Position numbers and translations under genes: made by a program
Shown: in pieces, positions 28,039-37,690 of the stretch
How the letters are laid out: each line of letters starts with the position of its first letter
Position numbering within the stretch: position 1 is the first letter of the stretch
Source of the DNA: Hyphomonadaceae bacterium
Lineage (GTDB): Bacteria > Pseudomonadota > Alphaproteobacteria > Caulobacterales > Hyphomonadaceae
DNA length: 64,000 bases
Direction: 5' to 3'
NCBI GenBank assembly: GCA_965229115.1
Contig: CBDDIR010000002.1
Coordinates: 32,410-96,409 of the forward strand
The notes under the pieces: generated by a model
Told to the model about the DNA's origin: nothing
What the model saw: the letters and a program-made list of their open reading frames with translations, nothing else
The model's database searches: none

Positions 28039-28221
28039 TCAATGAGCCGGCCCGTATTCGAAGGGATCGAATTCGGCGATGGTCTCGACCTCGCCGTCAT
28101 CGAGTTCGTCGCTCGGCAGGACGCCGAACTCGTTGCCGGACCTGAAGAGCGTGACCGGAACCATCAGGGTGCGGGCGAGTGCGAAAGCGTGGCGTTGAGC
28201 GAGTGCAAGATCCTGTGCCAT
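28039..28221 (-). CDS. Hypothetical small protein (60 aa)
   Basis: Short ORF MAQDLALAQRHAFALARTLMVPVTLFRSGNEFGVLPSDELDDGEVETIAEFDPFEYGPAH. Support is ORF-only. Confidence 0.35.
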   Translation of the reverse strand: MAQDLALAQRHAFALARTLMVPVTLFRSGNEFGVLPSDELDDGEVETIAEFDPFEYGPAH

Positions 28222-28507
28222 GTGAGAAACCTCCGTCCGGAGCGGGCCGATCCCGCTCGATGGCTCCTCGAAGGACCGGGGACGGTCGCGATCACCGCTT
28301 GAGGCGAATGCCCAAGCGGCGGCAGCTTGCTAGCCGACCCCGACAGAGGGTTGATCGACGGAGATCCGGACCTGGTCCAGGACGCCATCCATAAAGAGCG
28401 GGATTGGTTTGCTTCGGAGGGCCAGGTGGTGTTCGGCACGGGTCTTTGCTTGCGCCACAGCTACAGCGCCAACTCGACATTATTTTCGCCACGCACCGTG
28501 CAGGTGT

Positions 28508-28780
28508 TTAGCGGCGACCGGCACTTTCCTGATCGGCAATCGCCTTGACGACCTCGAAGTCCATCTCGGCACGCGGTTCGATGCGGGCGACTTCGCTGGC
28601 AACCTTGGCCCAATGCCAGTATTCATCGGCATTACCTTGCGCCCGGCTGCGCGCGGCCCTTCGCTGCGCCTCGTAATAGGCGTTGACCGGGTCAACTGCA
28701 GCAAGCCGCCTGGCATCATCCTGCCAACGGCGACGGATCGCCCGACGGTGTTCGATCCATTGCCGCAGGAGTTCGATCAT
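28508..28780 (-). CDS. Hypothetical small basic protein (90 aa)
   Basis: Start MIELLRQWIEHRRAIRRRWQDD (ATG 28778-28780), overlapping the upstream stop as ATGA. The 335-aa track ORF is an out-of-context extension. Confidence 0.45.
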   Translation of the reverse strand: MIELLRQWIEHRRAIRRRWQDDARRLAAVDPVNAYYEAQRRAARSRAQGNADEYWHWAKVASEVARIEPRAEMDFEVVKAIADQESAGRR

Positions 28781-29598
28781 GGCCGGCCCCGCCGCGAGAC
28801 CAGAAGCTCTGATTGGGGGATCCAGATCGCCGAGGTCTCGTCTCCGAACGGCATGGCAGTTCCCTCGAAGGCGCATATCCCGACCCATGCGCAGATGACC
28901 GCGTCGAGCATGTCCTCGAACGCCTTCAATTGCCATGATGGTGCCTCGAACGGAGGAAGCTGCAAAACGCCAGAGGCGTCCAGTAGGTCCTCGTCGAGGC
29001 AGGCGACGATGGTCCGCCAGGTTTCGAAAAGCTTGGTGCGCCGGCTGGCGGGGCTTTCCGTTGGCCAGTAATTGCGGATCTTCCCGTGCTTGTAGGGCAG
29101 CCGCTTTTCGGCGCGCATCAGTTCGACCAGGGCTGGATGCGGGTAGACTTCCAACAGGCCCGGCACGCCAACCTCTTTCGTCAGCAGTCCGTGCCCGCAG
29201 CGTTCGAAACCGCTCCTCAGATCGTCGCTGATCTTGCCTGGCCTGATCGCGCTCGGCGTGTGTGTGCTGCAATGGCGGGCGCCGTAGGCCGCCGAAACCA
29301 GATTGTCCGAAACTCGCCGCGCGGTGATCGGCTCGAGAGAAAGGGGCATATCCACAGCAACAAGGTCGACAGGAACTCCTGCGATTCTCCCGGCCGCGGC
29401 TAGGAGAGCCGCGGCCTCTGCCACCGAACCGGATGGTCGGGACGTGGAGATCAGCCCCTCTTCGGCGTGGGCCAGCAGGTGACGATAGGACGATCCCGCG
29501 AAGATCAGACGCCAATTGCCGGCAGTGGAGGAAACCAACGCGACGCCGCTCGGCTGCGTCGCGGTCCAGGCTGCGTCAATACCCAGAATGGTCGTCAT
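28777..29598 (-). CDS. DUF429-like predicted RNase H-fold nuclease
   Basis: 273 aa. The N-terminal ILGIDAAWTATQPSGVALV is an RNase H-like first-strand Asp. The family name is from memory. Confidence 0.5.
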   Translation of the reverse strand: MTTILGIDAAWTATQPSGVALVSSTAGNWRLIFAGSSYRHLLAHAEEGLISTSRPSGSVAEAAALLAAAGRIAGVPVDLVAVDMPLSLEPITARRVSDNLVSAAYGARHCSTHTPSAIRPGKISDDLRSGFERCGHGLLTKEVGVPGLLEVYPHPALVELMRAEKRLPYKHGKIRNYWPTESPASRRTKLFETWRTIVACLDEDLLDASGVLQLPPFEAPSWQLKAFEDMLDAVICAWVGICAFEGTAMPFGDETSAIWIPQSELLVSRRGRP

Positions 29599-29614
29599 CG
29601 CCCCTCCCGACCAT

Positions 29615-30595
29615 TCAAACCGCCCGGAAGCGATCGAATGCCGTCAAATATCTGACCGGTGGATCGGCATCCCAGCGATAGATCTCTGTCCGCAGGAAAT
29701 GCAGCTCCTCATCGAGCTTCTCTTCCGGCAGTTCAACCCACCAGGATTTGGGGCGGCCGTCGGAACCGTCGGACCAGCGATAGCCACGCGCCTTGAGATG
29801 GTCCTTCATGTCAAAGGGGGAATTTTCAGCGTAGATGCGAACCCGCGACAGCTGGCTGGCCCGATAGAGTTCCGCAAATGGCGTCGAGGTCGAATCGAGC
29901 CGTGTCTGCCCGAGTACCTCCAACAGTGCGAAACAATCGTCCACTGCGCGGTGCCCATCGTGAAAATATCCCGACTGGCCGATCAAGTACCCGAGCTTGC
30001 TTCCCTCGAAACCGCGCGCCGACCAGTCGATCTCGGACACGGAGCAGGCCCATGCCTTATGGACGAAGATCGGCGAGAATGCCTCGCAGAAGGGCCGGTC
30101 GAAGCCAGCATTGTGAGCAATGACTAGGTCTGCCGGCTCGATAAGGAGCTTCAGACGGGCCAAGTCGATGACTTGGCCGGCGACCATGTCGTCGGTGATG
30201 CCGGTCAAGCGTGTGATTTCGGCCGAGATCGGATTCGTCGTTTGTTGAAGCCCACCATAGATGCCCGTGATGTCGCCAATCACACCCGCTTCGTTGAAGG
30301 TGAAGGCGATTACGCCGATTTCGATGATTTCGTCGGAGCGATGGTTGAGGCCGGTGGTTTCGGTGTCGAGGATCACGCCGCGGCGCCGGAATTCCTGCCG
30401 TGGGTGTTCGACGATCGGCCGCGGTAGAAGCTTTCGCAGGATACGGTAATTGCCGGTCGCTTCAAGTTGACGGGCCATCGCCTCGTCATCCAATCCGATG
30501 CCGTCCTGAACACCTTTTGCGACAACCTGTGGCCTAGCAACTCGCTCGGTAGCCGGCATAACAGGAGCTGCAAAGAAGTCGAGTTGCCGGGTCAT
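29615..30595 (-). CDS. DEDDh 3'-5' exonuclease (DnaQ/epsilon-like) with C-terminal extension
   Basis: ExoI motif VILDTETTGL, ExoII LVIAHNAGFDRPF, ExoIII HRAVDDCFALLEVL. The C-terminal KARGYRWSDG..KSWWVELP module follows. The start was chosen at MTRQLDFF (about 30595). Confidence 0.75.
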   Translation of the reverse strand: MTRQLDFFAAPVMPATERVARPQVVAKGVQDGIGLDDEAMARQLEATGNYRILRKLLPRPIVEHPRQEFRRRGVILDTETTGLNHRSDEIIEIGVIAFTFNEAGVIGDITGIYGGLQQTTNPISAEITRLTGITDDMVAGQVIDLARLKLLIEPADLVIAHNAGFDRPFCEAFSPIFVHKAWACSVSEIDWSARGFEGSKLGYLIGQSGYFHDGHRAVDDCFALLEVLGQTRLDSTSTPFAELYRASQLSRVRIYAENSPFDMKDHLKARGYRWSDGSDGRPKSWWVELPEEKLDEELHFLRTEIYRWDADPPVRYLTAFDRFRAV

Positions 30596-30696
30596 TGAAT
30601 TCCGATCCAATTGGCTTACGGAGCGCACAATACGCATCGACGTCGGAGCAAGCAACGACTGTGCCCAGCCAGGTTTCTTTCGCCGGCAGCGTGTGG

Positions 30697-31635
30697 TTAT
30701 GCCTCCGGCGCGTCGGATTGAGGGCCGATCAAATCTATCTCTGCGATCTTTTGAAACTCTCCCAGGTATTCCTGACGATGATGCGAAAGCCAGCGGCTGA
30801 CGCGTCCGTTCGCAAGTAGCTTGGCGACATATCCGCGCGCCACAGTGAGGTGCAGATTGTCGATGCCATAGGTTTCCTCGACGCTTTTCACTTGCGTCTG
30901 CAGGGCGGCCAGTTCCCGTTCCATTCGAGCAATCTGCTGACCTGATGGGGTGCCTGCAGCTGCACCTGTCACTTTTTTGGCAGTTACCAACTGGCTGTCA
31001 GGCGTAGCGGCGCGGATCGCTCGGGCGAACATGACGGTAAAATTGTGCTGACCAATCATCAAATCCGCCGCTTCGATCTGCCGAACGGCGGACATTTGCC
31101 GCAAGACATCGAACACCTTCATCGAGCATGGCGTATCCTTCAGCATCTCGGCCGCTTCGGGACTAATACCTTCCAGCAGCCGAAAGCGGCGAATGACGGA
31201 CTCCACCTGAAGGCCCAACGCGTCGGCTATGTCAGCAGAGGAAACGCCGCGCTCGATGGCGCGCGCTATCATCCTGTGCTCCTGGATCGGCGCCAGCCGG
31301 TTGACCCGCTTGTTATAGGTATAGGTGTCGTCGTCGGTGGCGATCAGGCACTCGACCTCCGCAATGCCGAGTTGCTTGAGTGCTTCCAGCCGCAGATGTC
31401 CATCGAGCAGGAACCAGGTCCCAGTATTCTGGGTGTTGGCGATGACGACCGGCGCCTCGACCAAGCCGATCGCCTTGATCGAGCTTAGAACCTGCGCGAA
31501 CTTTCTGCTTTCGCGAGCGCCGTCCGGGAGCGACTTAAGGGAAACGATCGCGGAAATCGGAAGCGTTCTTATGTCTCGGTCGAAGGCGAGTCGGATCCGC
31601 CCATCCCCATCGTTGTTGTCCGGCCCATCATTCAT
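30697..31635 (-). CDS. ParB-like N-terminal domain protein with RepB-C-like tail
   Basis: 312 aa with FLLDGHLRLEALKQLGIAEVECLI (ParB/Srx box). It overlaps the upstream ORF by 8 nt. Confidence 0.7.
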   Translation of the reverse strand: MNDGPDNNDGDGRIRLAFDRDIRTLPISAIVSLKSLPDGARESRKFAQVLSSIKAIGLVEAPVVIANTQNTGTWFLLDGHLRLEALKQLGIAEVECLIATDDDTYTYNKRVNRLAPIQEHRMIARAIERGVSSADIADALGLQVESVIRRFRLLEGISPEAAEMLKDTPCSMKVFDVLRQMSAVRQIEAADLMIGQHNFTVMFARAIRAATPDSQLVTAKKVTGAAAGTPSGQQIARMERELAALQTQVKSVEETYGIDNLHLTVARGYVAKLLANGRVSRWLSHHRQEYLGEFQKIAEIDLIGPQSDAPEA

Positions 31636-32530
31636 TGCGGCCTCCGGAAATCCGTGCGGTTAGCGCCCTTGGCATGGTCGCCAGTCCCTCGGCCCGCAGC
31701 AAATTGACGAATCCTTCGTCAGCGAGCAGATCTTTCAATGCCTCAACGATGAACAGAAGCCGTGTCTGTGTGAAATCCGACTTCTTGACCAGCAGACGCT
31801 GCTTTTCTGCCTCACGCTGATAGACCTGCATCAAGTCATGTGCCGTCATCCGGCGTCCGCCGCCCTTTCTACCAAGACGCCCTGCCGGCAAACCCTTGCC
31901 CTGCGCGCGCATGCGTATGTCGAGCATTCGCCTGACAGCGGCGAGTTTCTTTCCCCGCAGCTGACCGGCCTCGTATGCGTCGAGGAGCAGGTTCTGTGCC
32001 TCCTCCGTTTCCGCCCGAGAGATTTCCATCGCCAGCGTGATCGGGATGAGGCCTGTCTCCACAGCGGCGACGAGCCGTTCCTCTCCTTTTTCGAGAAGGG
32101 AGGCGATCATGTTGACCCATGACGAGCCGACGCCAATCTTCTCGGCAATGGCCGCGTCGGCGTATCCACGCGCTCTCAAGGCACCGATCTCGCGCATCAG
32201 GTCGATCGGCCGCGGCGTGCGTCGCGCTATATTTTCAACGAGACTCATCACAAGGCATTTGTCCTCGGCGGCCTCGATAACAACCGCCGGAATTTCGTTC
32301 TGACCGAGCATCTGGAATGCTTCCAAACGCCCTTCGCCGCACACCAGATCATATCGCGGACCACCGGGGCCATCGTGCCGGCTCACCGTGATGGGACGTT
32401 TGAGGCCTATGGCTTCGATATTGTTCACGATGTCGCGGTGCTGGCGCTTGTTACGGGCTCGTGGGTTGAGGACCGTGATGCGAGAAATCGGAATCATCTC
32501 GATCCGGTTCGGACGAAGGGCAGACATCAT
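31628..32530 (-). CDS. ParB N-terminal domain protein
   Basis: 300 aa with YDLVCGEGRLEAFQMLGQNEIPAVV and LVENIAR motifs. It makes an ATGA overlap with the recombinase stop. Confidence 0.75.
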   Translation of the reverse strand: MMSALRPNRIEMIPISRITVLNPRARNKRQHRDIVNNIEAIGLKRPITVSRHDGPGGPRYDLVCGEGRLEAFQMLGQNEIPAVVIEAAEDKCLVMSLVENIARRTPRPIDLMREIGALRARGYADAAIAEKIGVGSSWVNMIASLLEKGEERLVAAVETGLIPITLAMEISRAETEEAQNLLLDAYEAGQLRGKKLAAVRRMLDIRMRAQGKGLPAGRLGRKGGGRRMTAHDLMQVYQREAEKQRLLVKKSDFTQTRLLFIVEALKDLLADEGFVNLLRAEGLATMPRALTARISGGRNE

Positions 32531-34101
32531 GCGGCCTCTGGCAAGGGAACGGGTGTTGCGATTTGATAGAGAAGCTCAAGGTCGTCGAAACGATAAGCAT
32601 CGAGATGAAGAGCGTTGTCCTCCGACAGCCGCAACTTCTCGGAAAAAACGTCGATCCGCGGGAACAGATAATAGTCGAAGGGCGCCCGGTTAGCCGCATC
32701 CATGCGCACCACAACCGTGATGTCGGGACCGAGAGACGTATCAAAACGGAGTTTCCAGCGCAAAAGTCCTGTCGATGTCTGAAGGCAACGAGCAATGACC
32801 ACCGACAGCGTGAATTCCTGATTGACGATCACCCGATCGGTTTGCAGATCCTGCAAGGCGTCGCTGCCGGTGGCCCGCAATCTTTCCAGAACTTCACCGA
32901 CCACATCGGGATGGAGTTTGCGGAGCTCGCGGTTGGTTTCGACATAGCGGTAGTCCCGATCGGGGGTGAAGCCGACGAGACGATAGGCTCGAAGCAGGCT
33001 CCCGAAGCGCGCACTATAGGCGCTGCTGGACGGCATGCCGTCACATTCATCAATGACGATGCCGGAGAGCAACCCCTTTTGCCGGAAGAGGTCTCGCAAT
33101 GACTGCAACATCTCTTCATCGCTCAGGCGGAACGAGCGCGCGTTGATGATTGTTCTTGCCGCCTCGAAAAGCTCGCGCGCGACGACAGGCTCAAAAGCTC
33201 CCTCCGCCCTGATCCACATGTCGGGATCGTTCCGGACACGCTTTTTCTTCAGCTTGAACGAGCGGCGGTTCCAGACATTGTCGCCGGCATATTTCTCGTT
33301 GATCAGGACCTGGTGGACAGTTCCTCTCGTCCATGGACGGCCAAGGTCGGTCAGGATACCTCGGGCATTGAGATCGGCTGCAATCTGGCTCTCAGTTTTT
33401 CCATGGTGGACAAAGGCCCGGTAGACCTCGCGGACCAGGTTTACCTCCTCGACCGGCCCAGGTGTCAGAATGACGCGATCAGTCTGAATGCTCTTGTGCT
33501 CGCCGCGCTGCAGGACCGCTTTGACAGCGCCGTGTTCATCGATGAGGGTACGTCGCAGACCGAAGCCAGCAGGCCCGCCTTGGCGAAAACCCTTTTCGAT
33601 CAACCTGCCCTGTCCGGCGAAGACCTTCGTCGATAGCTCGCGGCTGTATTCGCCGGCCATCGCCCGTTTCACACCCTTGACGATCGTCGACACCGGGCTG
33701 CCGTCGTTTTCGAACTGCTCGGCGCAATATTGGACCGCGATACCGGCGCGCCGGCAAATATATTCGTAATAGGCGCTTTCGTCAGCATCCTGAAACCGTC
33801 CCCATCGGCTGACGTCGTAGACAAGAACGATGGTGAAGTCGGTGCCGCCGGCCTGCACATCCTCGATCAGTTGGCGGAGCGCGTCACGCCCCTCTATCTT
33901 GAGGCCACTCTTTCCTGCATCGGCGTAGGTTCTAACGATCTCGATTCCACGAGCTTCCGCATACTGGCGGATCGCGTCGGCTTGGTTTTCTGTCGAATAT
34001 TTTTGATGATCGGTCGACATGCGGACGTATTCGGCAGCGCGAACAGGACGCGCCGGCTGCGCTGACGATAGTTCTCTGTCGTAGGTTCCCCGGTTCGCCA
34101 C
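32527..34101 (-). CDS. Large serine recombinase
   Basis: The resolvase catalytic N-domain is AAEYVRMSTDHQKYSTENQ...VLVYDVSRWGRF, followed by the recombinase domain. The start was chosen at GTG 34099-34101 (AGGAAAGGG RBS). The track ORF extends to 34194. Confidence 0.85.
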   Translation of the reverse strand: MANRGTYDRELSSAQPARPVRAAEYVRMSTDHQKYSTENQADAIRQYAEARGIEIVRTYADAGKSGLKIEGRDALRQLIEDVQAGGTDFTIVLVYDVSRWGRFQDADESAYYEYICRRAGIAVQYCAEQFENDGSPVSTIVKGVKRAMAGEYSRELSTKVFAGQGRLIEKGFRQGGPAGFGLRRTLIDEHGAVKAVLQRGEHKSIQTDRVILTPGPVEEVNLVREVYRAFVHHGKTESQIAADLNARGILTDLGRPWTRGTVHQVLINEKYAGDNVWNRRSFKLKKKRVRNDPDMWIRAEGAFEPVVARELFEAARTIINARSFRLSDEEMLQSLRDLFRQKGLLSGIVIDECDGMPSSSAYSARFGSLLRAYRLVGFTPDRDYRYVETNRELRKLHPDVVGEVLERLRATGSDALQDLQTDRVIVNQEFTLSVVIARCLQTSTGLLRWKLRFDTSLGPDITVVVRMDAANRAPFDYYLFPRIDVFSEKLRLSEDNALHLDAYRFDDLELLYQIATPVPLPEAA

Positions 34102-34218
34102 GCTTCGCCCTTTCCTCGTTCCTGCCGGATCGGTCCGGGCAACTGACCGCCCCAGCGCACGACAACATCCCTGCCGCCTCCCGCGATATTGCAAGCTTAG
34201 CGGACGAAGGAGCGGAAG

Positions 34219-34848
34219 ATGTTGCCGAAAACGGGCAGGAAGCTGCCGGTGTGGAAGGGGGTTCTAGGCGGGCGTGACTTGTTGGCCCAGACCATCGCCG
34301 ATCTGTTGCGCAAGGAGCATGGCGACACCCATCGGGCGATCAAACAACTGATGAACCAGACAAACGCGAGCGAGCGGACGGTCAAGCACTGGCTGTCGGC
34401 ACAACATGCTCCGGACACATTGTTTTTCTTACGCCTTATGGTCTCCTCCCCCGTCATCCGCGCCTTTGTTCTGGGGCTGATCGAGGGCCCGGCTTCCAAT
34501 CCATTGTCGTCGGCACGCGATCGTCCTGTCCGTGCCGCTGCGCGGGAAGCCTATGCTGCCGGAGAAGCGGCCTTCAGCGCGCTAACAAAGGATGTACGGG
34601 AAAGTGGCCCTGAAAATGACCCTGATCGTGACCCTAAACATGACCCTGAACCCGTGGAGCTCAATGAACGTCAGCACTGGTTTCTTGAGCGTATCGTTGA
34701 CGGCGACCGCTACGGCGCCAAGGAGATAATGGCCATCTGGGAGGTCAGCCTGAAAACCGCGCGACGGGATATACGCGGCCTCCAACTCGCCGGATTACTG
34801 GCATATGTCGGTTCACGTCGAAGAGGTAGATATCGCTCTGTCCGTTGA
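34219..34848 (+). CDS. Putative HTH regulator, divergent from the serine recombinase operon
   Basis: GAAGGAG RBS. An N-terminal HTH-like segment (LMNQTNASERTVKHWLS) and a C-terminal wHTH-like segment (IMAIWEVSLKTARRDIRGLQLAGLL) are separated by an acidic/Pro linker. Confidence 0.5.
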   Translation: MLPKTGRKLPVWKGVLGGRDLLAQTIADLLRKEHGDTHRAIKQLMNQTNASERTVKHWLSAQHAPDTLFFLRLMVSSPVIRAFVLGLIEGPASNPLSSARDRPVRAAAREAYAAGEAAFSALTKDVRESGPENDPDRDPKHDPEPVELNERQHWFLERIVDGDRYGAKEIMAIWEVSLKTARRDIRGLQLAGLLAYVGSRRRGRYRSVR

Positions 34849-35015
34849 GGCTTCGCGATCGATGCTGAGCGCATTGGAAGGTCTTTAATGAATTCAAACC
34901 TGGGATAAGCCTGCTGCCAACTGATAGCTGTTGATAAATCGGCAATGTTCTACTTTTGTTCAGGCATAACGGTATCTCACGACCCTCGAACCGCCTAGGT
35001 TGGCACGATTCAGTC

Positions 35016-36746
35016 ATGGAGGCTTATTCGTTGCGGCTATTGAAAAGCTACGCTCCCCAATTTCCCGGCTTCGACCCTCTCGAAGCTGCGGTGGCCCAGT
35101 TGGCAAACGCGGGCATCGAGGAGCGCGGCGCCATCTTCACCCGCCGTGAGGTCGTTGACTTCATTCTTGACCTGTCCGGTTACACGATCGACCGGCCGCT
35201 GCACACTTTCCGTGTGTTGGAACCATCGTTTGGCGACGGCGATTTCCTGTTACCAATTATTGACCGCTTGCTGACATCTTTCCGCGAACACGCCGCTGAA
35301 CAGGATGTCGTCGTGGGCCTGAGAGCAGCGTTGCGTGGCGTGGAACTGCATCGTGTCACATTTGAGATGACCAAGGACCGCGTCATCGATTTGCTGTCCC
35401 AACGAGGAGTGCCTGAGCTGGCAGCACGAAGTCTCGCTGAGGCATGGCTCTCACAGGGTGATTTCCTTCTAGAGGATTTTGATGCGGCCTTTACGCATGT
35501 CCTTGGCAATCCGCCCTACGTGCGGCAGGAACTGATTCCCGACGAGCTCATGGCGGAATATCGTCGTCGCTACGCCACGATCTACGATCGAGCCGATATC
35601 TACGTACCCTTCATCGAGCATTCCCTGAAGCTCCTGGCACCCGGTGGTGCCCTTGGGTTCATCTGCGCCGATCGTTGGATGAAAAACCGCTACGGCACTC
35701 CGTTGCGCAAGATGATCGCCGATCACTACCACCTCAGGGTGTACGTGGATATGATGGATACGCCAGCATTTCATACGGAGGTAAGTGCCTACCCGGCGAT
35801 TTTCATCATCGGTAATGAGCATGGAAAAGCGACGCGTCTGTATCACCGACCCGAAATTTCGCGACCATTTCTAACGTCATTGGCAACTGCCCTTACAACT
35901 CCCGAGACTCCTGTTTTTTCTGGAGTTAGGGAAATACAGGCGTTGGCGCGAGGCGCCGAGCCGTGGGTGTTGGAATCCTTTGACCAACTGGCCGTTGTGC
36001 GCCGACTTGAGGCGTTGTTTCCGACATTGGAAGAAGCCGGTTGCAAGGTCGGTATCGGCGTCGCGACCGGCGCAGACAAGGTTTTCACCGGCGCGTTCGA
36101 TAAGCTTGACGTGGAAGACGACCGCAAGCTGCCGATGGCCATGGCGAAGGACATCCATTCAGGCCGGGTTGAATGGCACGGCAACGGCGTCATCAATCCC
36201 TTTGATGACAATGGCGGGCTTGTGCCACTTGAACGATATCCCCGCCTTGCCCGCTATTTTGAAAAGCATGGCGCGGAGATCAAGAGTCGCCATGTGTCGA
36301 AGAAGAATCCGATTAGCTGGTACCGAACGATCGACCGGATTTATCCGGATCTGACTCACAAGCCAAAGCTGCTGATCCCGGACATCAAGAGCGAAGCGAA
36401 TATTGTTTATGAGCGTGGGAAGCTCTATCCGCATCACAACCTTTACTATATTACATCCGACGACTGGGACATCCAGGCGCTACAGGCTGTTTTGCTGTCA
36501 GGAATTGCCCGTTTGTTCGTCGCCATTTACTCGACGAAGATGCGGGGTGGTTATTTGCGATTCCAGGCACAGTACCTGCGCCGGATCCGCGTGCCGCACT
36601 GGAGGGATGTTCCACTGGAGGTTCGGGAGGAGCTGATCAGTGCTGCGGAGGCGCTGGACATTCAGCGGTGCAATGAAGCGGTCTGTCACCTCTACCAGCT
36701 GAGTGCAGGAGAGCGGCAGGCCATGGGGGGAAATGGGACTTTTTGA
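35016..36746 (+). CDS. Type II N6-adenine DNA methyltransferase (Eco57I/TaqI-like gamma class)
   Basis: Motif I is [12 protein letters not shown] and motif IV is [11 protein letters not shown]. The start was chosen at [10 protein letters not shown] (ATG 35016). The stop overlaps the start region of the downstream endonuclease gene. Confidence 0.8.
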   Translation: MEAYSLRLLKSYAPQFPGFDPLEAAVAQLANAGIEERGAIFTRREVVDFILDLSGYTIDRPLHTFRVLEPSFGDGDFLLPIIDRLLTSFREHAAEQDVVVGLRAALRGVELHRVTFEMTKDRVIDLLSQRGVPELAARSLAEAWLSQGDFLLEDFDAAFTHVLGNPPYVRQELIPDELMAEYRRRYATIYDRADIYVPFIEHSLKLLAPGGALGFICADRWMKNRYGTPLRKMIADHYHLRVYVDMMDTPAFHTEVSAYPAIFIIGNEHGKATRLYHRPEISRPFLTSLATALTTPETPVFSGVREIQALARGAEPWVLESFDQLAVVRRLEALFPTLEEAGCKVGIGVATGADKVFTGAFDKLDVEDDRKLPMAMAKDIHSGRVEWHGNGVINPFDDNGGLVPLERYPRLARYFEKHGAEIKSRHVSKKNPISWYRTIDRIYPDLTHKPKLLIPDIKSEANIVYERGKLYPHHNLYYITSDDWDIQALQAVLLSGIARLFVAIYSTKMRGGYLRFQAQYLRRIRVPHWRDVPLEVREELISAAEALDIQRCNEAVCHLYQLSAGERQAMGGNGTF

Positions 36747-36748
36747 GA

Positions 36749-37486
36749 ATGGCGCTTGATTTAGTTGATTACGAAAAGAAGGCCCTTGAGGCTACGATGG
36801 CATTCTGGGGCAATCGGGAGAAGGCACGGCAAAAGCAGATCGAGGCCGGACGCGCTGACCAGGGCGAGCGCGCGGGAGTTACCGCTGGCAAAAACATGGA
36901 TGGCTTCCTCGCCTTGCTCATCGATATCGTGGAGGCGAACGGGCTGACGAACGCCACCATTCATCAACAGCGCGCCGTTCTGACGTTGCCTGGCTACTTC
37001 CGGCCGACCAAGTTGTGGGACGTTCTGGTGGTGCAGGACAAACGACTTGTCGCGGCGATCGAGCTCAAGAGCCAGGTGGGGCCATCTTTTGGCAACAACT
37101 TCAATAACCGCACGGAAGAGGCGATTGGCACGGCGCACGACCTTTGGACGGCCTATCGCGAAGGCGCGTTCGGCAAACATCCACGACCGTTTGTCGGATG
37201 GATGATGATGGTGGAAGACGCGCCGGAATCACGCCGCCCGGTAACCGATCGCTCGCCGCACTTCCCTGTCTTCAAGGAATTTCAAGGTGCGTCTTATCTC
37301 AAGCGCTACGATGTTCTCTGCCAGCGCCTTGTTCAGGAACAGCTCTACGGCGCAGCTGCTCTGTTGACGTCGCCACGGACAGCTGCGGCGACGGGCGAGT
37401 TCCATGAAATGTCCGAGCTTACGAGCCTCAAGACGTTCGTGACGACTCTCGCTGGACACGTGGCGGCAGTCGCCGCTCAAGGCTAA
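36749..37486 (+). CDS. Type II restriction endonuclease, PaeR7I/XhoI-family-like
   Basis: About 245 aa. The segment [16 protein letters not shown]...[32 protein letters not shown] is recognised from memory as the PaeR7I family core. It is coupled to the upstream methylase. Confidence 0.6.
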   Translation: MALDLVDYEKKALEATMAFWGNREKARQKQIEAGRADQGERAGVTAGKNMDGFLALLIDIVEANGLTNATIHQQRAVLTLPGYFRPTKLWDVLVVQDKRLVAAIELKSQVGPSFGNNFNNRTEEAIGTAHDLWTAYREGAFGKHPRPFVGWMMMVEDAPESRRPVTDRSPHFPVFKEFQGASYLKRYDVLCQRLVQEQLYGAAALLTSPRTAAATGEFHEMSELTSLKTFVTTLAGHVAAVAAQG

Positions 37487-37690
37487 GTTCGGAATGTAGT
37501 TGATGGCTGAAGTTTCAGAGGATAGTCTCAATCGATATTAAAGAGATTGCCGACGTCTCCCCTTGTCCGTCGCCTCGAAAGGAACCGAACGCGCAGCTCG
37601 TTAATACATTAGTCACACCGCACCGAACCTTATCTAATAAAATGAAGGCCTTAAGTCGGTCCAGTTCGATGCGGTCCCCTCTGCGACCGA

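Noticed and set aside
28781-29515. Upstream two-thirds of the 335-aa ORF 28508-29515
   Set aside because: It overlaps the DUF429-like gene out of frame and is Arg-rich. Only the last 90 codons (from MIELLRQW, ATGA-coupled) look genuine.
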